Shown here in pieces: positions 39,797 to 46,553 of a stretch of DNA of 46,553 nucleotides. The DNA comes from an uncultured Planctomycetaceae bacterium (lineage in GTDB: Bacteria; Planctomycetota; Planctomycetia; Planctomycetales; Planctomycetaceae). The stretch covers positions 62,001 through 108,553 of the forward strand of contig CAXBME010000030.1 of assembly GCA_963976765.1 (NCBI GenBank), given 5' to 3'. The position numbers and the translations under genes were made by a program. The notes under the pieces are model-generated. The model searched no databases. It saw only the letters and a program-made list of their open reading frames with translations, and had not been told where the DNA came from. Within the stretch, counting starts at the first letter, position 1, and each line of letters opens with the position of its first letter.

Positions 39797-41221
39797 TCAG
39801 GCCTGAGGCTCAGTCATGCTCATGGGGTCGAGCGCTTCGGTCAGCGTTGCTTCCGGCAGGATTTCCTGCTCGATGCACAGCTCACGAATCGTCTTGCCCG
39901 ACTTGAATGCTTCCTTCGCCAGCGCCGATGCCTTTTCGTATCCGATAAACGGGTTGAGGCTCGTGACCATCGACAGGCTTTTCTCGACGGATGCTTCGCA
40001 GGCTTCCACGTTGGCTTCCATGTCGTCCGAGCAGAACTCGACGAACGCGTCGGCTGACCTGGCCAGCAGCATGATACTTTCCAGAGTCGTCTGCCCCATG
40101 ACCGGCATCATGATATTGAGCTGAAACTGTCCGCCGGTCGCGCCGCAGATCGTGAGCGTCTGATCGTTACCCATCACGCGAGCGGTTGCCTGCATCATGG
40201 ATTCGCACATCACCGGATTCACTTTGCCCGGCATGATCGAACTTCCCGGCTGACGATCCGGAAGCTTCACTTCGTAGAACCCGCAACGCGGCCCCGACCC
40301 CAGCCAGCGGATATTGTTCGACACGTTGAACAGCGTCGAAGCGATCGCTTTCAGGCTACCGTGACAATCAACCAGCCCGTCGCGTTGAGCGTTTCCTTCG
40401 AAGTGATTGACCGCTTCGATGAATGGAATGTCGAGCTCTGCTGCCAGCGCCGCCGATACTCGCGCGCCGAATTCAGGATGCGTGTTGATGCCCGACCCTA
40501 CGGCCGTGCCGCCAACCGGAAGTTCGAGCACCGCTTCAAGCGCCTGCTGAGCACGACCAACCGACAGCTCCAACTGACGAGCGAACGCGCCGAACTCCTG
40601 CCCCAACCGCAGCGGAGTTGCGTCCGCCAGATGAGTCCGCCCGATTTTGATAATCTGGTCCCATTCGGTCGCTTTGCGAGCCAGCGACTCCTGAAACTTC
40701 TTCAGCGCTGGAATCAGATCCTGCTTGATGGCACTCGCCACGGCGACGTGGATCGCGGTCGGAAACGTGTCGTTCGTGCTTTGCCCCATGTTGACATGGT
40801 CGTTCGGATGAATTGGCTTCGATTTATCAAAACGATCGCCGTCCATCATCTCGATCGCCCGGTTCGAGATGACCTCGTTCACGTTCATGTTGCTCGACGT
40901 TCCCGAGCCGGTCTGGAAAACGTCGATCGGAAACTCGTCGTCAAATTTTCCGTCAGCCACTTCGCGAGCGGCAGCCATCATGGCCTCGACCTGAGCATCG
41001 TTCAGCGGGTTCTTGCCGGAACCGGTCAGCTTGCCGAGGTCGCGATTGGCGATGGCACAGGCCAGCTTCACGTAGCCCATGCTGTGAATCAGGTGAGCCG
41101 GAAGGGTCCAGCCGGAGATCGGAAAGTTATCGACCGCTCGCTGAGTCTGAGCGCCGTAGTAAGCCTGCGCCGGCACCTGCACGTCGCCCATCGAATCTTT
41201 TTCAACGCGAAATTCCGACAT
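39797..41221 (-). CDS. fumC: Class II fumarate hydratase
   Basis: FRVEKDSMG, YYGAQTQR, FQTGSGTSSNMN, HPNDHVN, KIGRTHL and GSSIMPGKVNP motifs. AAGGAG RBS. Confidence 0.95.
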   Translation of the reverse strand: MSEFRVEKDSMGDVQVPAQAYYGAQTQRAVDNFPISGWTLPAHLIHSMGYVKLACAIANRDLGKLTGSGKNPLNDAQVEAMMAAAREVADGKFDDEFPIDVFQTGSGTSSNMNVNEVISNRAIEMMDGDRFDKSKPIHPNDHVNMGQSTNDTFPTAIHVAVASAIKQDLIPALKKFQESLARKATEWDQIIKIGRTHLADATPLRLGQEFGAFARQLELSVGRAQQALEAVLELPVGGTAVGSGINTHPEFGARVSAALAAELDIPFIEAVNHFEGNAQRDGLVDCHGSLKAIASTLFNVSNNIRWLGSGPRCGFYEVKLPDRQPGSSIMPGKVNPVMCESMMQATARVMGNDQTLTICGATGGQFQLNIMMPVMGQTTLESIMLLARSADAFVEFCSDDMEANVEACEASVEKSLSMVTSLNPFIGYEKASALAKEAFKSGKTIRELCIEQEILPEATLTEALDPMSMTEPQA

Positions 41222-41377
41222 CGTGTCACTCCTTCAGTGGCTGTTGTTCCGTAGCTGGCGGGTATTTCAAAAGTGGAGCGTGGAGTCTAGCAGACTGGCT
41301 CCTCGCGAAAATGATCCGGGATACAGACCCGTTCAAATCTCCGGATCTCTCAGACTGAGCAGCGCCCCTCAATCCCC

Positions 41378-44300
41378 TCAGAGACTCAACAGCTCTGGAA
41401 GCAATCCATTAGTGAAGGCTTCGTCGATGTCGGTAACAGGCTCCTGATCATCATCGGAAATCCCGACGACGTCCTGCTCGGGGGAGGTGGCAAATTCCGG
41501 ATGCTCAATGGTGAATGCTGTCTCAATCGCGACAGGAGCCGGACGTGGTGCGGGGCGCTGGCCTCCGAACAGCGTGTCTCTGCCGACCACCTGACTGAAA
41601 GCATCGTCGCGGAAGACTCCGTTGAGAGTGTCGTTGCCCAACCCGCCGGCCAGATCGTCCAGCCCCGCGCCGCCGGCTAAAGTGTCTTCCCCGCCGTCGC
41701 CGTCCAGCAGATCCGAGCCGGCGCCACCTTGCAGCAGGTCGTCACCGTCGCCACCAGCTATTGTGTCCGGACCGCCCGCACCTGACAGTTGGTCGGAATC
41801 GCCTCCGCCTTCAATCATGTCACGACCGCCACCGCCTTGAAGCGTGTCGTTACCGTCTCCGCCAGTCAGTGTGTCGTTGCCACTGCGGCCTCCGATGCGA
41901 TCATCGCCATTGCCGCCAGCGATCATGTCGTTGCCGGTACCGCCAATGATGAAGTCGTCGTTTGTTCCGCCCAGCAGAGTATCGTTGCCGCTGCCGCCGA
42001 GCAGCGTTGTTGAGACAGCCGCCAGTGTCCCGTCGAACTGGTCCGCCCCCTGTCCGCCGCTGAACACAATCGGAATCGTCACAGCCCCGCCGGTGTCGAC
42101 GATCGTGATGATGTCGTTGCCCGCTGATCCCAGGATTTCCAACACTGATACTGAATTGGCAGACTGGCGCAAAAGGTCGGGAAAGCCGGGGACTCCAGCC
42201 ACTCGAAACACGAGGTCGCCGCCGTCCCGAAGGATTTCGTAATTGCCACCAGCAGGCAGTTCAAGCGACGCGGGCTGCGGCGGCAACGGAGACAGAAACA
42301 GCACATGTACGGCACCGCGACTAGAGTCCTCTATCAGGATGCCTGAGTCATCGCCGGAAGCACCGACAGCTAGATCGGCCACTCCATCGCCATTCAGATC
42401 ACCCAGTGACGTCACTGAACTCCCAAAGAAGTCGTGTGCGTCGAGCATGGGGCCGTTGGGCGTGTTGCCGTCGATCTCCACCGACTGCTTGACACTGCCG
42501 TCCGGATTCAGCAGCAACACATGCACTGCACCAGCGCGTGAATTCGATGAATCTGCGGGTCGATCGCCGGTAGCTCCGACGGCTAGATCATTGACACCAT
42601 CGCCATCGAGATCACCCATCGCTGTTACCGAGCCCCCGAACTGGTCCCGATCGTTGAGGCTGGGGCCGTTGGGTGTGCTGGAGTTGATCTCCACCGTCTG
42701 CTTCACGCTGCCGTCGGCGTGCAGGAACAGCACATGAACTGCCCCCCTGGCAAGACCGCCCGTATCATCACCAAATGCTCCGACGGCCAGATCATTCACG
42801 CCGTCCCCGTCGAGGTCCCCCAACGACGTCACTGAGGCACCGAAAGCATCTCCATCATTCAGGCTGGGCCCGTTGGGTGTGCTGGCGTTGATCGCCACCG
42901 TCTGCTTCACGCTGCCGTCGGCGTGCAGGAACAGCACATGAACTGCACCGCGTTCTGCAAAAGAGCCAGTACCGCCCGTGTCATCATGGATGGCTCCGAC
43001 GGCGAGATCGGGCACACCATCACCGTCCAGATCACCCAGTGACGTCAACGAACTCCCGAAGAAGTCCTGAAAACTGAGGCTGGGGCCGTTGGGCGTGGTG
43101 GCGTCAATCTTCACTGACTGTTTGACGCTGCCATCGGCATTCAGAAACAGCACATACACCGCGCCACGACTGTCGTCGTCACTGATGGCCCCCACGGCGA
43201 GATCGACCACACCGTCGCCATTCAGATCACCGAGCGACGTCACCGATTCGCCGAACCGATCGTTGGGCGTTATACGGTCGATCTCTACCGTCTGCTTGAC
43301 ACTGCCGTCGCCATCCAGGAACAGCAGATGCAGATTGTCATCGCTGTAGGATGCGGCAGCGAGATCGTTGATACCATCGCCGTTGAAATCACCCACTGAC
43401 GCCAACGCATAGCCGAACCGGTTACCCGCGACGAGGCTGGGGCCGTTGGGTGTGCTGAAGTTGATCTCCACCGTCGACAGCGGCAATCCGCTGCCTGGAG
43501 CGGTGATCGCAAACGTGTAATCCTCGACTTCTCCATCACCGGCCGCGCCCGTTGAGTCCTGCGCCGCCGTGTCGGTACTCAGGCGGAATCGAGCGTAAGT
43601 TGTTCCTGTGGAGCCGGAGGGGATCGTCGGGAACATTAGCGTGAAGAGACCGTCCGTCGTATTGTCCGGGACGGTCACGGAAGCCCGCTCGGTGGAGTTG
43701 TCGAACACGCCGTCCTGGTTGTAATCGATCCATCCGTAAAGTGTGGCCGCGCTGCCGGTGGTATTGGTCGCCAGCAGCGTAATTGTCGGCGCGGCGCCGA
43801 CCGTGCCCAGCAGGTCCAGCGGATTAAGTACGCCGTCCTCGTCATCCGGCAGGGCTCTGTCCACGTCGTCTGCATTGGCTCGCGCGTTCTGCAGCGTGCC
43901 ATCTTCGAAACCATCGACTGTGTCGCCGAGGAACAGTCCGGCCACGACGTCATGCCTCGGCCCGTCACTGGCCTCGGTCGTTTCGTAGTTGCCTGGCCCC
44001 GTCCCGGCAGCTGCGTCCGGTGCGTCGCCGAAATCCACCTGTGGCCGCGCGGCGAAGTTCAGGATGTAGACCGCTCCGCCGCCGGAAATGTAACTCCCGC
44101 CGTATTGCGTGATTGCATCGTTCTCATCGGCAATCGCTCCGACGGCGATATCGGGCACGCCATCCCCGTCCAGATCACCCAGGCCCGCCACCGCGCTGCC
44201 GAAGTTATCGCCGATGTCCAGAGATTCGTCGGCCAGGCCGCCCAAGTCGTCGCTGATCTTCGTATGGCTCTTCACCGTGCCGTCTGAATTCAGCAGCAGC

Positions 44301-46553
44301 ACGTACACCGCACCCTCGGAGCCATCTAGTCGGGCACCACTTGAATCGGCATCATTCTCGTCGTTGAGCGCCCCGACCACCATGTCGGGCACCCCGTCTC
44401 CGTCCAGATCACCCGGCCCCACCACCGCATTGCCAAAGTTGTCACCGTTTCCCAGGGAACCGTCGGCCAGGCCGCTCAGGCCGTCGCTGATTTTCACCTG
44501 ACTCTTTACCGTGCCGTCTGAGTTCATCAGCAGCACGTACACCGCCCCCTGGGCATTGACCGTGTTCCCGTCACGCTGCGCTCCGACAGCCAGATCGGTC
44601 ACACCGTCGCCATCCAGATCCCCGATCGTCGCCACCGCACTGCCGAAGTTGTCTCCAGCGTCCAGCGAATCAGCGGCCAGACCGCCCAGTCCGTCGCTGA
44701 TCTTCACCTGACTCTTCACCGTGCCGTCTGAGTTCATCATCAGCACATAGACCGCGCCTTCGCTGAAATCACCGTTCTCATCTCCCTGTGCTCCGACGGC
44801 CATGTCGGGGACGCCGTCGCCGTCCAGATCGCCGAGTCCTGCCACCCCAGTACCGAACAGGTCACCGCCTTCGAGCGAAGGCGTCAGGCCGCCCACACTG
44901 TCGTTGATCCTCTGCTGGCTTTTCACGGTCCCGTCGGAGTTCAGCAGCAGCACATACACGGCACCTTCACTTCCGCCGGAATTCCCGACAGTGCCGAACG
45001 CTCCAACAGCCATGTCCGGCACGCCGTCGCCATCCAGATCACCCAGCCCGGCCACTGCGGCACCAAATTTGTCCGATGGTCCCAGGGAACCGGCGGTCAG
45101 GCCGCCCAGACCGTCGCTGATTTTCACCTGGCTCTTCACGGTCCCGTCTGAGTTCATCAACAGCACGTAGACAGCGCCCTCTTCTGTATCCGTGTTCTCG
45201 TCACGCCGGGCCCCGACGGCGATATCCGCCACTCCGTCGCCATCCAGATCGCCCAGACTGGCGACGGCACTGCCGAACTCGTCAGCCACATCCAGCGTGC
45301 CAGCGGCCAGACCACCCAGATCGTTGCTGATCTTCACCTGGCTCTTCACCACCCCAGTGCTCGGAGTCGTGATCGTGAACGTGTAGTCTTCGACCTCGCC
45401 GTCACTGGCCGCACCTGTTGCCAGTAACCCGGCATCGTCGGTGCTGAGCCGAAACCGCGCGTAAGTCGTTCCGGTCGAGCTGCCTGGAATCGCTGGAAAC
45501 GTCAGCGTGAACGGCTCGTTGATCGAACCGTTCGGAACAATTACCGCCGCCCGCTCGAACGACGTGAATTCGCCGTCCTGGTCGTAGTCAATCCAGCCGG
45601 TCAGACGCGCACTGCTGCCGGTGGTGTTCGTCGCCAGCAGCGTAATCGTCGGAGCCGCCCCTTCCGTACCACGCAGGTCCGGCGGATTCAGCACGCCGTC
45701 TTCGTCGTTGTCTCCACCATGCAGGGTTGGTGACCCGCCGCGAGCATCATCCGCCGTCGCTGCCGCATTCTGAGCCGTGCCGAAATCGCCAATGACCGAA
45801 TTCCCCAGATGCAGGCCGGGGACGATCACGTGGCTGGGCCCGTTGTCGGCCTGTGTTGTGCGGTAATCACCGGTGGAAGTCCCCGCCATCGTGTCCGGCG
45901 CATCGCCGTAGTCCAAAGCGGAAGACAGACTCAGAATATGCACCGCACCACGAGAACTGCCGCCCGTGTCGTCGCCTGTGGCTCCGACGGCCAGATCGGC
46001 GACGCCGTCGCCATTCAGGTCGCCGACAGACGCCAGCGAAATCCCGAAGTAGTGACGATCCCCGAGGGTCAGTCCGCCGCTGGTTTCATGGGCGATCTTC
46101 GTCGAAGACTTCACGGTGCCGTCGCTGTTCAGCAGCAGCACATGCACCGCACCACGAGAAGAACCGCCCGTATCATCGCCGAAGGCTCCGACGGCCAGAT
46201 CGGCGACACCGTCGCCATCCAGGTCGCCCACAGACGCCACCGAAATCCCGAAGAAGTCAAAATCCGCGAGCGTCGGTCCGCCGTTGGTTTCATGGGCGAT
46301 CTTCGTCGAAGATTTCACGGTGCCGTCGCTGTTCAGCAGCAGCACATGCACCGCACCACGAGAAGAACCGCCCGTGGAATCGCCTCTGGCTCCGACGGCC
46401 AGATCGGTCACGCCGTCGCCATTCAGGTCGCCCACCGCCGCCACCGCACGCCCGAAGAAGTCACTATCCGCGAGCGTCGGTCCGCCGCTGGTTTCATGGG
46501 CGATCTTCGTCGAAGACTTCACGGTGCCGTCGCTGTTCAGCAGCAGCACATGC
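41378..46553 (-). CDS. Giant surface protein, 3' part: FG-GAP (integrin-alpha-like) propellers, GEVED domains and RTX Ca-binding repeats
   Basis: 15 FG...GD(L/F)(D/N)GDG..D.A.(G)A repeats, two D(Y/F)GDAPD...GEVEDY modules and a GGxGxD nonapeptide run. The 5' end lies beyond the window. Confidence 0.9.
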   Translation of the reverse strand, partial: HVLLLNSDGTVKSSTKIAHETSGGPTLADSDFFGRAVAAVGDLNGDGVTDLAVGARGDSTGGSSRGAVHVLLLNSDGTVKSSTKIAHETNGGPTLADFDFFGISVASVGDLDGDGVADLAVGAFGDDTGGSSRGAVHVLLLNSDGTVKSSTKIAHETSGGLTLGDRHYFGISLASVGDLNGDGVADLAVGATGDDTGGSSRGAVHILSLSSALDYGDAPDTMAGTSTGDYRTTQADNGPSHVIVPGLHLGNSVIGDFGTAQNAAATADDARGGSPTLHGGDNDEDGVLNPPDLRGTEGAAPTITLLATNTTGSSARLTGWIDYDQDGEFTSFERAAVIVPNGSINEPFTLTFPAIPGSSTGTTYARFRLSTDDAGLLATGAASDGEVEDYTFTITTPSTGVVKSQVKISNDLGGLAAGTLDVADEFGSAVASLGDLDGDGVADIAVGARRDENTDTEEGAVYVLLMNSDGTVKSQVKISDGLGGLTAGSLGPSDKFGAAVAGLGDLDGDGVPDMAVGAFGTVGNSGGSEGAVYVLLLNSDGTVKSQQRINDSVGGLTPSLEGGDLFGTGVAGLGDLDGDGVPDMAVGAQGDENGDFSEGAVYVLMMNSDGTVKSQVKISDGLGGLAADSLDAGDNFGSAVATIGDLDGDGVTDLAVGAQRDGNTVNAQGAVYVLLMNSDGTVKSQVKISDGLSGLADGSLGNGDNFGNAVVGPGDLDGDGVPDMVVGALNDENDADSSGARLDGSEGAVYVLLLNSDGTVKSHTKISDDLGGLADESLDIGDNFGSAVAGLGDLDGDGVPDIAVGAIADENDAITQYGGSYISGGGAVYILNFAARPQVDFGDAPDAAAGTGPGNYETTEASDGPRHDVVAGLFLGDTVDGFEDGTLQNARANADDVDRALPDDEDGVLNPLDLLGTVGAAPTITLLATNTTGSAATLYGWIDYNQDGVFDNSTERASVTVPDNTTDGLFTLMFPTIPSGSTGTTYARFRLSTDTAAQDSTGAAGDGEVEDYTFAITAPGSGLPLSTVEINFSTPNGPSLVAGNRFGYALASVGDFNGDGINDLAAASYSDDNLHLLFLDGDGSVKQTVEIDRITPNDRFGESVTSLGDLNGDGVVDLAVGAISDDDSRGAVYVLFLNADGSVKQSVKIDATTPNGPSLSFQDFFGSSLTSLGDLDGDGVPDLAVGAIHDDTGGTGSFAERGAVHVLFLHADGSVKQTVAINASTPNGPSLNDGDAFGASVTSLGDLDGDGVNDLAVGAFGDDTGGLARGAVHVLFLHADGSVKQTVEINSSTPNGPSLNDRDQFGGSVTAMGDLDGDGVNDLAVGATGDRPADSSNSRAGAVHVLLLNPDGSVKQSVEIDGNTPNGPMLDAHDFFGSSVTSLGDLNGDGVADLAVGASGDDSGILIEDSSRGAVHVLFLSPLPPQPASLELPAGGNYEILRDGGDLVFRVAGVPGFPDLLRQSANSVSVLEILGSAGNDIITIVDTGGAVTIPIVFSGGQGADQFDGTLAAVSTTLLGGSGNDTLLGGTNDDFIIGGTGNDMIAGGNGDDRIGGRSGNDTLTGGDGNDTLQGGGGRDMIEGGGDSDQLSGAGGPDTIAGGDGDDLLQGGAGSDLLDGDGGEDTLAGGAGLDDLAGGLGNDTLNGVFRDDAFSQVVGRDTLFGGQRPAPRPAPVAIETAFTIEHPEFATSPEQDVVGISDDDQEPVTDIDEAFTNGLLPELLSL
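45938..46553. repeat. Near-identical 204-nt tandem coding repeat (3 or more units)
   Basis: ATGCACCGCACCACGAGAA recurs at 45938, 46142 and 46346, and begins again at 46550. Confidence 0.85.

Noticed and set aside
40361..41254. Long antisense ORFs (this one, 23367-24158, 25407-26147, 17802-18602 and similar)
   Set aside because: Shadow frames of well-supported genes in GC-rich DNA.

Overview
GC-rich bacterial DNA, most likely Planctomycetota (Planctomycetaceae-like gene content). Positions 1-27.2 kb hold the 5' end of fliS, a large hypothetical protein, a four-gene minus-strand signalling cluster (membrane-anchored coiled-coil protein, TPR/FHA-like protein, membrane Ser/Thr kinase with TM2 domain, membrane protein), a secreted TPR-like protein, a HlyD-like protein, a lipoprotein, a HEAT/receiver-like protein, an SSS transporter, hemC, leuB and a membrane-fused spermidine synthase-like protein. 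The right end holds fumC and the 3' part of a giant FG-GAP/GEVED/RTX surface protein. The main feature is 27.6-39.7 kb: 13 intact paralogous Flp/type IV-like prepilin genes plus about 3 decayed copies, all on the + strand. They form five units (1+1+4+6+1 intact genes). Each unit opens with a sigma-54-type motif (GGCAC-N5-CTGC), has a candidate enhancer palindrome about 150-200 nt upstream and a long hairpin-dense leader, and closes with a terminator-like hairpin. The pilins have Glu at +6 and an acidic Cys-rich tail (DxxDxCDC...KNDPS). No assembly genes or prepilin peptidase are in the window. All calls were made by eye, without database searches.
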